Below are positions 37,333 to 46,221 of a stretch of 64,000 nt of DNA, one piece after another. How positions within the stretch are numbered: the stretch's first letter is position 1; each line of letters begins with the position of its first letter. Below the pieces are notes generated by a model. It searched no databases, was not told where the DNA came from, and saw only the letters and a program-made list of their open reading frames with translations. This DNA comes from Minisyncoccota bacterium (GTDB lineage Bacteria; Patescibacteriota; Minisyncoccia; Phycocordibacterales; UBA9973). The stretch spans positions 279,266 through 343,265 of the forward strand of contig JBBAAI010000001.1 of the NCBI GenBank assembly GCA_041658325.1, in the 5' to 3' direction. Both the position numbers and the translations under genes were made by a program.

Positions 37333-38535
37333 CTAGTTTGAGATTGGAATTTGAGGATTCTCGGGCACTGGCTCCGAGACTCCATTTTTGTTGCTGACAA
37401 CCCTGTAGAAGTACAGGGTATTGTTCAGCAATGCTCCGGGATCAAAGAACGCCAACATGGTGTTCCCTCCGGAAGCAACTAACGACCAGGGACCGTTTGG
37501 GGAAAGAGCTTGATAGATCAAGTATCCGTCTACGAGTCCGACGCCCGTCCCGCACGGCACTTCGGCCGTTTGAGCAATCCAAGATCCCTTCACGTCCGTT
37601 CCTGCTGATTTTGACACCAGAAGGAGAGTCATCGGAGGTTTCCCAGTGCATGTCGGAGTAAGAACAGATGTGGTGACTGACGCCACGTTTCCGTAGCTGT
37701 CAGAGTTTCTGATCTCGATAGAATGGAATGAACCATTTACGAGACCATTAACTTGAAGCGGGGATGTAGGGGTTCCCATAGACACCCCGTTATCAAACAC
37801 CTCCGTGCTGATGATACGAGGGTCAGGTGTTACGCTCCAATCGACATAGATACTGGAGTTGTCGTAACTTCCGATCACATTTGTGGGTGCGTCCAGTGGA
37901 GCATCCCAATACTCAAAATTGGTCAGCCAGACTCCGCTCAACCCAACTGAAAGGTCGGAGATGAATCTAATTCGAAAGATCACATTCGAACCTACGAGGG
38001 TTGATTCTCGAAGGTCCACTCTGATCTTCGTGGATGTCATGGTGCCGGAGTAGGCTTTGGAGATACCTGACCACACGGACCCCACCATGGTTGCGTTGTA
38101 TGTGGGGGTTAGAATACCTCCCACCGTCGTGAATTCAAGCCAGGTTGTGCCGAGGTCGGGCGAGATCTCTACGATCCAGCCGTCGTGTTTGTACTCATTG
38201 GCCCCATTGGCCTGAAGAAAAGCGACGGACATATTGGTGACGAAGAATTGTTGACTCCCGTCGCCGATTTGCAACGTGGAGGTAACCGCCGTCGTTGGAT
38301 CTGGCATGAACCAGGCATAGCTTCCGTTGACATAAGTAGGCATCCAGTTCCAGGAGGGGTTGCTTGTTGCCGGAGTCCATGTCTCACACGGACTCGTGTT
38401 CGGTGATGTGGACGAACTCGCCATCCAGGCAAAGTTGTCCGAACAAATGCTAGCCGACGGTTGCGGAATGGTAGCCCACGTCGCCATGGACACCAAGGTA
38501 ACCAACAGGAACAAAACCAACCCCTTCGTTTTCAT
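37333..38535 (-). CDS. Secreted Ser/Thr-rich protein with fibronectin-III-like domains; GC-rich compositional outlier
   Basis: I chose the start ATG at 38535, which has a GGAGGAAAGG Shine-Dalgarno 8 nt upstream. A signal peptide MKTKGLVLFLLVTLVSMATWA is predicted. GC is ~50% over ~1.2 kb against the ~32% background. Many spurious overlapping ORFs on both strands are consistent with high GC. Confidence 0.6.
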   Translation of the reverse strand: MKTKGLVLFLLVTLVSMATWATIPQPSASICSDNFAWMASSSTSPNTSPCETWTPATSNPSWNWMPTYVNGSYAWFMPDPTTAVTSTLQIGDGSQQFFVTNMSVAFLQANGANEYKHDGWIVEISPDLGTTWLEFTTVGGILTPTYNATMVGSVWSGISKAYSGTMTSTKIRVDLRESTLVGSNVIFRIRFISDLSVGLSGVWLTNFEYWDAPLDAPTNVIGSYDNSSIYVDWSVTPDPRIISTEVFDNGVSMGTPTSPLQVNGLVNGSFHSIEIRNSDSYGNVASVTTSVLTPTCTGKPPMTLLLVSKSAGTDVKGSWIAQTAEVPCGTGVGLVDGYLIYQALSPNGPWSLVASGGNTMLAFFDPGALLNNTLYFYRVVSNKNGVSEPVPENPQIPISN

Positions 38536-38854
38536 CCTTTCCTCCATTTCTCCCTCTCTCAGAGGGATTTTTTTCCCTCTATTTTCACTTGTCAAAGTTC
38601 CAAAAGGATCGCAAGTTGCCAATCCTTCTAGAATAGCCTCTGAATTTTCCATTAATATTGTATTATAAAGAACAACAAATGTCAATAGCAAAAAAAAAGA
38701 AGGAAAAGGTTTTTCTTAACGTGGGTCTTGACATTTTTGTAGTAATAGTAGATAATGTGATCTATTATAAGATCGATAAAATAAGTAATAAATGTTGGGT
38801 TTAATGCGTCTTTATTAGAAGGTCAATTAATTTAGTAGTTAATATTAAAGATAT

Positions 38855-40942
38855 ATGAAAAAGATAAATAATATTGTTTTTGGTTTATTGGTCGCAACGT
38901 TGTTCGCTGGTGTTACTCCAGGTGTAGTTTTCGCAGCTGATAATGAAAGTATTTCATTAGCAGGAGTTGACGCTCGCACGATTGTAACAAACGGAACGAC
39001 GAGTTATGTTTCTAATTTTAATAATACTAATGTTTCAACATTAGATTTTAGTCTTATTCCTCCCGCTTTATCTGCGACAGCTTCGCTTGTTGGTGATGGT
39101 GCTTATGGTCTTTCTTTTGCTAGCGGTAATCTTTTTATAGCAGCTGGAAAATATGATTCAGCTTCCACTTATGGTGGGTTGCAAGTACTTGGCACTTCTG
39201 CTATTTATGGAAAAACTGATACCTATACATACAGTAAGGTTTTCGCTGTAAGCGGTGGATCAGCTTTCTCTGCCTTTCTTGATGGCTCATATATTCCTTA
39301 TCTTGAAGCAGTTTCGTACGATGGTGCTTCTACCATTACTCCTGTTTCTGATGTTGCATTAGATACAACATCAGTTAATGATATTACTGCACTTACTATT
39401 TCTGGAAGTAATGCATATGTTGGGATACAGGATAGTTCAAATGCCGGTTATGTTAAGGTTGTAGATACTTCTACAATGACTTCAACTGGAACATACACGA
39501 CCACTGACACCATAACTTCTGTAACAGTAAGCGGAAGCAATCTATATGTAGGACACGGAAACAAGGTTGATGTTGTAGATACTTCTGGATTAAGTCTTTC
39601 GTCTACTATAGAGACAGGGGCAACAGTCAATGGTTTAGCAACTGATGGAACCTATCTCTATGTGGCAAATGCAAATGGACTTAGAGTTTACACTCTTTCA
39701 GGTTCATTCGTAGGTGAACGTAATACTACAATGAGTGCCACCGCAGTTTCTGTCGATGGTGGTTTTATTTATGTTGCAACCAGTAACGGAACAAATAGTG
39801 AAGTATTTAAAATTAAAATGGTAGTTATCACTTTGACTGGAGCTAATCCACAAACTATAGAATTTGGTGCTGGCTATACAGAATTAGGTGCAACAGTTAG
39901 CGATGGTTCAACTCCTGTAATTACTTCAGACTTTGTTGACGCAATTGGTTCTTATACTGTTACTTATACTGCAGTTGATGCTTCAAGTAATCCCGGTTTT
40001 CAAGTTACAAGAACAGTAAATGTTTCTGACACTACCGCCCCAACAATTACTCTTTTGGGAGCTAATCCACAAAATATTCAGCAAGGTTCTGGTTATACAG
40101 AGTTGGGTGCAACTACGAACGATGGTTCTTCTGTGCAAATAAACACTTCTGCTTTTGTTGACGCAGTTGGTTCTTATGTCATTACTTATGATTCAGTTGA
40201 TGCTTCAGGAAATCATGCAACCCAAGTTGAAAGAAGGGTAAATGTTACTGGCCCAGTAGGCGGCGGTGGAGGCGGTAGCGGTGGTGGCGGATCCTCTGGA
40301 GACACCACTCCTCCCACAGACACTTCTATCTCTATCAGTGCAGGAGCAACTTCCACAGCTACACTAGCCGTTTCTCTAACTCTCGGAGCTACTGGTGCTA
40401 CTCAAATGATCATCTCAAACGATGCAGGATTTGCTGGAGCATCTTGGGAAACATATGCGACAAGTAGAGCTTGGACACTTACTTCTGGAGATGGATTGAA
40501 GACAGTTTATGCAAAGTTCAAAGATGCTGCTGGTAACATATCTGCTGCTATTTCAGATACTATTACTGTTTCTGGAAGTGGGACGACAACAACCACTACT
40601 GGATCTATTCCTGGATGTACTGGAACCACTGGTTACAGTATCACTACTGGCCAATCTTGTGCGGGAAATACAGGAGGGCAAGTTTTGGGCGCTGAAAAAT
40701 TTATTTTCACACTTTTCCTAAAACAAACAACTCCTCCACCATATCCAAAACTTGTTGCCTATGTTAATGAGGTAAAAGAACTTCAAAAATTCTTGAATGC
40801 TGCTCCATATAATAGTGGTTTAGTAGTTGATGGCAAATTTGGTCCACTGACTAAGGCTGCAGTTATTAAATTCCAATTGGCAAATGGATTAGTAGGGGAT
40901 GGTAAAGTTGGTCCTCTTACCCGAGCAGTGTTGAACAAATAA
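38855..40942 (+). CDS. Secreted surface protein: beta-propeller-like repeats, two Ig-like (DUF5011-type) domains, Gly-rich linker, C-terminal PG_binding_1 domain
   Basis: A signal peptide is predicted. Repeated SGSN(L/A)YVG...VVDTS blocks are LVIVD-like. The Ig-like domains are tandem, each LTGANPQ.I..G.GYTELGAT..DGS....TS.FVDA(I/V)GSY.(V/I)TY..VDASSN. The Gly-rich linker is GGGGGSGGGGSSG. The C-terminal PGB1 domain is VVDGKFGPLTKAAVIKFQLANGLVGDGKVGPLT. Confidence 0.65.
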   Translation: MKKINNIVFGLLVATLFAGVTPGVVFAADNESISLAGVDARTIVTNGTTSYVSNFNNTNVSTLDFSLIPPALSATASLVGDGAYGLSFASGNLFIAAGKYDSASTYGGLQVLGTSAIYGKTDTYTYSKVFAVSGGSAFSAFLDGSYIPYLEAVSYDGASTITPVSDVALDTTSVNDITALTISGSNAYVGIQDSSNAGYVKVVDTSTMTSTGTYTTTDTITSVTVSGSNLYVGHGNKVDVVDTSGLSLSSTIETGATVNGLATDGTYLYVANANGLRVYTLSGSFVGERNTTMSATAVSVDGGFIYVATSNGTNSEVFKIKMVVITLTGANPQTIEFGAGYTELGATVSDGSTPVITSDFVDAIGSYTVTYTAVDASSNPGFQVTRTVNVSDTTAPTITLLGANPQNIQQGSGYTELGATTNDGSSVQINTSAFVDAVGSYVITYDSVDASGNHATQVERRVNVTGPVGGGGGGSGGGGSSGDTTPPTDTSISISAGATSTATLAVSLTLGATGATQMIISNDAGFAGASWETYATSRAWTLTSGDGLKTVYAKFKDAAGNISAAISDTITVSGSGTTTTTTGSIPGCTGTTGYSITTGQSCAGNTGGQVLGAEKFIFTLFLKQTTPPPYPKLVAYVNEVKELQKFLNAAPYNSGLVVDGKFGPLTKAAVIKFQLANGLVGDGKVGPLTRAVLNK

Positions 40943-41005
40943 TTCTCATTAAGAATAACAAAGCCCTATCTTTACAGATAGGGCTTTGTTTGTTATAATT
41001 GGATA

Positions 41006-41971
41006 ATGTTTAATTGGTTAAAAAAGCATTTTATTCCGCATGAGGGAAATGAACATCGTCCGCATATTTTGCGTGATTATAATATTCGTAATATTGTTGC
41101 TGTTATTTTATTTTTGGAAATATTTACTTTTTTAATACCAACTCTTACTCACATAAATATAACAGGTGGTATGGCGGCGGTGTTGCCTGGGGTTTTATCT
41201 ATTCTCACAAACGAAGAACGTCAATCACAAAACCTCAAAACACTTACAGTAAGTCCAGTTTTAAATCAAGTGGCAGAAATGAAAGCCAAAGATATGGCTA
41301 CAAAAGGATACTTTGCGCATATTAGTCCAGAGGGAAAAACCCCTTGGTATTGGCTTGAAAAAGTAGGATACAAATATCAATATGCTGGAGAAAATCTTGC
41401 TATCAATTTCAATGATTCGAAAGATGTTACGAATGCATGGATGGCAAGTCCAACTCATAAAAAAAATATTATGAAAGGAAACTACACTGAGATTGGCACA
41501 GGTATCGCTATGGGAATTTATGAAGGAAGAGAAACGATTTTTGTAGCGCAAGTATATGCTAATCCTCTTTCAAAAACAGAAACTCAAACGGAGCCTATAA
41601 AAAAACCTACCCCTACCTCTGTAATTAGAGAAGAGTCAACAAATGTTCTTGGAGCAGAGGTTGCTGTTAATATAGAAAACGTTGATGTTGTGCCACCTGC
41701 TCCAATTTTACAACCAACACTTTGGCAAAAAGCTTTTTCTTCTCCTCGTAATACAATGAATATAATTTTGTTTAGCATATTTGCTGTAATTGGTTTTGCT
41801 TTGCTTTTATACATACTTGTAAAAGCAAGACAATATCACCTTGATCTGATAACAAATGGACTGATTGTTCTTGCTATTTTAGGAGCAATTTTTATTGTGA
41901 ATTACTATTTTAGTAATAAAAATATGGTTATTACTCAAAGTATGGATTATTCTCTAGGCTCAAATAATTAG
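41006..41971 (+). CDS. CAP/SCP (PR-1-like, YkwD-type) domain protein with N- and C-terminal TM helices
   Basis: The CAP motifs are GYFAHISPEGKTPWYWLEKVGYKYQYAGENLA and WMASPTHKKNIM. Confidence 0.7.
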   Translation: MFNWLKKHFIPHEGNEHRPHILRDYNIRNIVAVILFLEIFTFLIPTLTHINITGGMAAVLPGVLSILTNEERQSQNLKTLTVSPVLNQVAEMKAKDMATKGYFAHISPEGKTPWYWLEKVGYKYQYAGENLAINFNDSKDVTNAWMASPTHKKNIMKGNYTEIGTGIAMGIYEGRETIFVAQVYANPLSKTETQTEPIKKPTPTSVIREESTNVLGAEVAVNIENVDVVPPAPILQPTLWQKAFSSPRNTMNIILFSIFAVIGFALLLYILVKARQYHLDLITNGLIVLAILGAIFIVNYYFSNKNMVITQSMDYSLGSNN

Positions 41972-42077
41972 CCGTTGTATTAATATCTTGTTTTGAAAGT
42001 AAATTAAATAGTAAATTGCATTTTTTTTCAATATAAAGTATAATTTTATTAATCTTTTATTAATAACAAAAAAATAT

Positions 42078-42203
42078 ATGGCAAAAAGAGGAACCACACT
42101 TAGCCCCAAAAATAAATCAAGACGCTCTCATAAAACCAAAAAGCGTTTAGAAATCAAAAGACTTATGTTGGCCAAAAAGGTCGCTCATAAAAAGTTTAAA
42201 TAA
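42078..42203 (+). CDS. Candidate small basic ORF (41 aa), weakly L32-like
   Basis: The product would be MAKRGTTLSPKNKSRRSHKTKKRLEIKRLMLAKKVAHKKFK. KNKSRRSH resembles the bL32 KxKxRRRSH motif. No Shine-Dalgarno is present. It falls below the ORF-track cutoff. Confidence 0.2.
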   Translation: MAKRGTTLSPKNKSRRSHKTKKRLEIKRLMLAKKVAHKKFK

Positions 42204-42211
42204 AATTCTAT

Positions 42212-42886
42212 ATGGAAAACATTAAAAATCACAGTGTCTGGATTATTAGTGCAGGATTATTGGTTTTTTCTATTATATTTTTTATCTCCGCGCAAGCTTT
42301 TTCGGATCAGGGTTCTTTTGTCGAAGTAAAAGGTTTGTCGGAAAAAATAGTCAAAGCCGATGTTGCAATTTGGTCTATTAATTTTGAAGTAAAATCAAAT
42401 AATATAGATTCTCTGTATGCTGATATAGAAAAAAATACTTCAACTATTCAATCATTTCTTGTAGAAAAAGGTTTTGAAAAATCGGAAATAAATGTTGCCC
42501 CCGTTAATATTTATCAAGATACATATAAAGATGCTTTATTCAGATATAATTCTAACACTCAACTTTCTGTTTATACAAAAAAAGTTGATCTAGTGCGATC
42601 GGCTTCAAAGGAAACATTGTTATTGGTTAAAAAGGGGGTCACTTTAAATCAAAATTCAATTGTTTTTGAATATTCTGATATAAATAGTATTAAACCCCAA
42701 ATGCTCGCTGAAGCTATAAAGAATGCAAAAATATCAGCGCAACAATTTGCACAGGAATCAGGATCACGTCTTGGTTCTATTTCTCGTGGAAATCAAGGTG
42801 TGTTTGATATTTCTGAAAAAGATCCAGGATCTCCTGAATATAAAAAGATTCGCGTTGTTTCTACCTTAAGATTTTTATTAAAATAG
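42212..42886 (+). CDS. SIMPL/DUF541-family secreted protein (YggE-like)
   Basis: An N-terminal TM/signal is followed by GSFVEVKGLSEKIVKADVAIWSINFEV, which matches the DUF541 N-terminal pattern. Confidence 0.65.
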   Translation: MENIKNHSVWIISAGLLVFSIIFFISAQAFSDQGSFVEVKGLSEKIVKADVAIWSINFEVKSNNIDSLYADIEKNTSTIQSFLVEKGFEKSEINVAPVNIYQDTYKDALFRYNSNTQLSVYTKKVDLVRSASKETLLLVKKGVTLNQNSIVFEYSDINSIKPQMLAEAIKNAKISAQQFAQESGSRLGSISRGNQGVFDISEKDPGSPEYKKIRVVSTLRFLLK

Positions 42887-42905
42887 GTGTTTAATAATAT
42901 TTAAT

Positions 42906-43304
42906 ATGCTAAAGGATTTCAAACAATTTTTACTCAGAGGGAATGTTGTTGATTTAGCAGTTGGTGTTGTCATTGGTGCTTCTTTTGGAACAGTGGTAAC
43001 AGCTCTTGTTTCAGATTTATTGACGCCATTTATTTCAGCAATAATAAAAATTCCAGATTTTAATACTCTTTTTTTCACCATAAATGGAAGCAAGTTTATG
43101 TATGGGCATTTATTAAATGTCCTTATTTCGTTTGTGCTTGTTGCTGGAACTATTTTCTTCTTTATTGTTAAACCGATGAATATCCTAATTTCTAAATCTC
43201 ACAAAGAACCACCCTCTGATCCTACCACTAAAAAATGTAAGGAATGTCTAAGCGAAATACCAATTGAAGCAAAACGTTGTTCGCACTGCACTCAAGTTTT
43301 ATAG
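42906..43304 (+). CDS. mscL: Large-conductance mechanosensitive channel with C-terminal zinc-ribbon extension
   Basis: The MscL signature is MLKDFKQFLLRGNVVDLAVGVVIGASFG. The C-terminus ends in CKECLSEIPIEAKRCSHCTQVL (CxxC-N11-CxxC). Confidence 0.85.
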   Translation: MLKDFKQFLLRGNVVDLAVGVVIGASFGTVVTALVSDLLTPFISAIIKIPDFNTLFFTINGSKFMYGHLLNVLISFVLVAGTIFFFIVKPMNILISKSHKEPPSDPTTKKCKECLSEIPIEAKRCSHCTQVL

Positions 43305-43355
43305 TTTTTTAGGAATGTAATCTGTTTTAACCTAAATAATTAATTTGTTGTAGTT

Positions 43356-43832
43356 ATGCAAAAAAAATCTTCTCCAAAAAAAAATAAAAAAACAGTTATG
43401 GTTAGTGGAGGATTTGATCCTGTGCACATAGGACACGTGCGAATGTTCAATGAGGCAAAAAGATTGGGAGACAGACTTGTGGTAGTAATAAATAATGATA
43501 ATTGGCTGAGATTAAAAAAGGGATATTCTTTTATGTCGGAAGACGAAAGAAAAGAAATTATTGAAGCCTTCAACTCAGTTGACGAAGTGGTAATAACTAG
43601 CCACACGGAAAACACAAAAGACATTAGTGTTTGCGAAGAAATACGTAAAATAAAACCACATATTTTTGCGAATGGTGGAGACAGGAAACCAGATGGTGAT
43701 CCAGTTCCAGAGGTAACAGTTTGTGCAGAGCTTGGTATCCAAATGGTTTATAATGTAGGACTTGGTGGAAAAGTTCAAAGCTCGTCGGAGCTTGTAAAAA
43801 AAGCAAAAAAAATAAGCAAAAAGAAAAAATAA
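43356..43832 (+). CDS. Cytidylyltransferase-fold sugar-phosphate nucleotidyltransferase (RfaE domain II / TagD-like)
   Basis: The Rossmann-like nucleotidyltransferase HIGH motif is present in VMVSGGFDPVHIGHVRMF. The 158-aa size matches a standalone CTP/ATP transferase domain. Confidence 0.7.
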   Translation: MQKKSSPKKNKKTVMVSGGFDPVHIGHVRMFNEAKRLGDRLVVVINNDNWLRLKKGYSFMSEDERKEIIEAFNSVDEVVITSHTENTKDISVCEEIRKIKPHIFANGGDRKPDGDPVPEVTVCAELGIQMVYNVGLGGKVQSSSELVKKAKKISKKKK

Positions 43833-43833
43833 A

Positions 43834-44601
43834 ATGTTACCACAAAAAAAAATTATTGCTTTTGATCTTGATGGAACCTTAACCGTAAGTAAAAGTCTGA
43901 TAACGGAAGAGGTTGCTGATTTAGTTAAACAACTTGCTAAACAAAAAATCGTTGTGATAATCAGTGGCGGATGGTTAAAACAATTTAAAACACAATTTCT
44001 TCCGCCTTTTCACGGTGATGATTCTATGGCTCCTTTTGTTCGTAATTTAATCTTGTTGCCGACGAGTGGAAGTCAGAGATATGAATATAATGAAGAAAAA
44101 AAAGAGTGGGAACTTACTGACAAAGAACCACTAGATGATGGCGTAAAAGAGCGAGCGAAGAAATTACTGCAAGGTGTTATTGATTCTGGTTTATATGATA
44201 TACCGTCGAATCCGATAGGCGAAATTATTGAAGACAGAGATACCCAAATAACCTTTACCCCGAACGGTCAGCAAGCGCCGATAGAGTTGAAGAGACTTTG
44301 GGATCCTGATAGAAAAAAAAGGGAAAAAATAAGAGCAACGCTGGCTCCACAATTACCAGAAGTTGATCTTTTGATTAACGGGAGCTCTAGTATTGATATT
44401 TTAGCAAAAGGATTTAATAAGGCGGTGGGATTAACACGACTACTGGATAAACTCCATCTTCAAAAATCAGACATGCTTTTTGTGGGAGATGCGCTTTTTC
44501 CAGGGGGAAATGACTATTCTGTTTTTGAGGCGGGGATAGAAACCATTGCGGTAAAAGGACCAGAGGAAACTGCTTCTGTTATTAGGCAGTGGGTTGGCTA
44601 A
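43834..44601 (+). CDS. HAD-IIB hydrolase of the eukaryotic-type phosphomannomutase family
   Basis: HAD motif I is FDLDGTLT. The C-terminal FVGDALFPGGNDYSVFEAG...AVKGPEETASVIRQWV aligns with the PMM2-family block FFGDKTMPGGNDHEIF...TAPEDTRRICELLF. Confidence 0.6.
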   Translation: MLPQKKIIAFDLDGTLTVSKSLITEEVADLVKQLAKQKIVVIISGGWLKQFKTQFLPPFHGDDSMAPFVRNLILLPTSGSQRYEYNEEKKEWELTDKEPLDDGVKERAKKLLQGVIDSGLYDIPSNPIGEIIEDRDTQITFTPNGQQAPIELKRLWDPDRKKREKIRATLAPQLPEVDLLINGSSSIDILAKGFNKAVGLTRLLDKLHLQKSDMLFVGDALFPGGNDYSVFEAGIETIAVKGPEETASVIRQWVG

Positions 44602-44630
44602 AAAATCATTTAGTAATATAATAGAAGAAT

Positions 44631-44981
44631 ATGGAGGGACTTAAAATATATAAAGAGGAACGTCCGTGGGGCGGATTTGAGCAATTTGTCCAGAATACTC
44701 TCTCAACAGTAAAAATTATTTTAGTAAAAAAAGATGAAGCCTTTAGTTTGCAGTATCATAACAACAGAAAAGAGTTTTGGAAAATTCTTTCCGGAACGCC
44801 AGAAATTACAATAGGGGATTCTGTTGTTCGGGCAAAAGAAGGAGATGAATTTGAAATACCACCGAAAACAAAACATCGTGTTCATTCTAGTGATACTGAT
44901 ACAGAATTTTTAGAAATTTCGCTTGGGGAGTTTGATGAAAATGATATTATAAGGCTAGAAGACAAATATGGCCGTGCTTAA
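44631..44981 (+). CDS. Cupin-2 domain protein, type-II mannose-6-phosphate isomerase-like
   Basis: ERPWGGFEQF...KIILVKKDEAFSLQYHNNRKEFWKILSGT...IGD...EGDEFEIPPKTKHRV...DIIRLEDKYGR matches the C-terminal cupin of GMP/PMI (RPWG...HxHR..EHW..VSG...HR..N..EDDIVR.EDxYGR). Confidence 0.65.
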   Translation: MEGLKIYKEERPWGGFEQFVQNTLSTVKIILVKKDEAFSLQYHNNRKEFWKILSGTPEITIGDSVVRAKEGDEFEIPPKTKHRVHSSDTDTEFLEISLGEFDENDIIRLEDKYGRA

Positions 44982-46212
44982 AAAAAGGAAAATAATTAAA
45001 AAAAAGAAAATTAAAATTGCTGTAAAAAAGAAAACAGTAATAAAAAAAGTTTCTCCAAAAAAGAAAAAGAAAGTTATTGTAGTGCGAAGAAAAATAATAA
45101 AGAAAAAGATTGTAAAAAAAACAGTATTGAAACCAAAAAAGAAAGGCAAAAAATTAGCAAAAATTTTAAAACTTTCCAGATCTTCGCGTAATCCAATTAT
45201 TGATCCAGGGGCACATTATTGGGAATCTCAAGCTGTCTTTAACCCAGCAACAGTTGTTTCAAATGGACGCATACACCTTTTTTATCGAGCTCTTGGTGGA
45301 GACGGTATTTCTCGTATTGGTTATGCTTCTAGTAAAGATGGAATAAATTTTGATGAAAGACTTTCTTATCCAGTTTATTTTTTGAAAAACGATGAAGAAA
45401 TGAAAAAGCATTGGCCTTATACTTCTCCCGCACGACCTGTTTATGACACGGCTCTCTATGCTTCAGGTGGAGGGTGGGGTGGTTGTGAAGACCCTCGTGC
45501 AGTGTTAATAGGAGATAAAGTATATATGACTGTTAATATTTTTAATGGTTGGAATTCTATACGGGTAGCGGTAATTTCGATTAAAGAGGAAGATTTATTA
45601 GATAAAAAATGGCTTTGGCAAGATTTTTCTTACCTCTCTCATCTAGGAGATAGGCAAAAAAATTGGCTTTTATTTCCTGAAAAGATAAACGGTAAATTTG
45701 CGATATTTCACAATTTAGATAAAGGTGATCCATCGCGGGTGTCCATTGCTTTTGTAAATAAGCTTGATACTTCTGAAACACCCTCCGGGAAGAATGCTCC
45801 AGATCCCCAGACTCTACCAGATCACATTGTGGCTTGGCATAAACGTACTCGTAGTGCCGCTGCTCCACCGATTAAAACCAAAGAGGGTTGGCTTCTTTTA
45901 TACCATGCTATGGACAAAGACAATTCTCGTTATAAATTAGGTGCATTATTGCTTGATTTAAAAGATCCGGAGAAAGTTCTTTATCGAGCCCAGCATCCGA
46001 TTCTTGAGCCAGAGACTTGGTATGAAAATGATTGGAAGCCAGGAATTATTTATGCGAGTGGCGCGATTGTGTTGAAAGATAAACTTTTTGTCTATTATGG
46101 AGGAGGAGATAAACACATCGGTGTAGCATCAATAAAACTCTCCGACTTGATAGATAGTATGAAAAAGAATGGATCGGTAAAATTAGAAAAAAACAAATCA
46201 CTAAAATTTTAA
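44968..46212 (+). CDS. GH130-like glycoside phosphorylase/hydrolase (DUF377 beta-propeller) with Lys-rich N-terminal tail
   Basis: After ~65 aa of K-rich sequence, NPIIDPGAHYWESQAVFNPA...FYRALG...IGYASSKDGINF is a GH130/DUF377 block. Repeated GW.LLYH and YYGGGD patterns are present. It overlaps the cupin gene by 14 nt. Confidence 0.7.
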   Translation: MAVLKKRKIIKKKKIKIAVKKKTVIKKVSPKKKKKVIVVRRKIIKKKIVKKTVLKPKKKGKKLAKILKLSRSSRNPIIDPGAHYWESQAVFNPATVVSNGRIHLFYRALGGDGISRIGYASSKDGINFDERLSYPVYFLKNDEEMKKHWPYTSPARPVYDTALYASGGGWGGCEDPRAVLIGDKVYMTVNIFNGWNSIRVAVISIKEEDLLDKKWLWQDFSYLSHLGDRQKNWLLFPEKINGKFAIFHNLDKGDPSRVSIAFVNKLDTSETPSGKNAPDPQTLPDHIVAWHKRTRSAAAPPIKTKEGWLLLYHAMDKDNSRYKLGALLLDLKDPEKVLYRAQHPILEPETWYENDWKPGIIYASGAIVLKDKLFVYYGGGDKHIGVASIKLSDLIDSMKKNGSVKLEKNKSLKF

Positions 46213-46221
46213 TAAGTATTT

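Noticed and set aside
38169-38668. Several 60-100-aa ORFs on both strands (38185-38406+, 38195-38380-, 38169-38432-, 38360-38668+, 37431-37661+, 37442-37651-)
   Set aside because: All lie inside the GC-rich 37333-38535 gene. High GC suppresses stop codons, and the products are Arg/Pro-rich junk.
44955-45149. 64-aa poly-Phe/Ile ORF on the minus strand
   Set aside because: It is the reverse-complement artefact of the AAA/AAG-rich Lys-tail coding region of the first GH130 gene.
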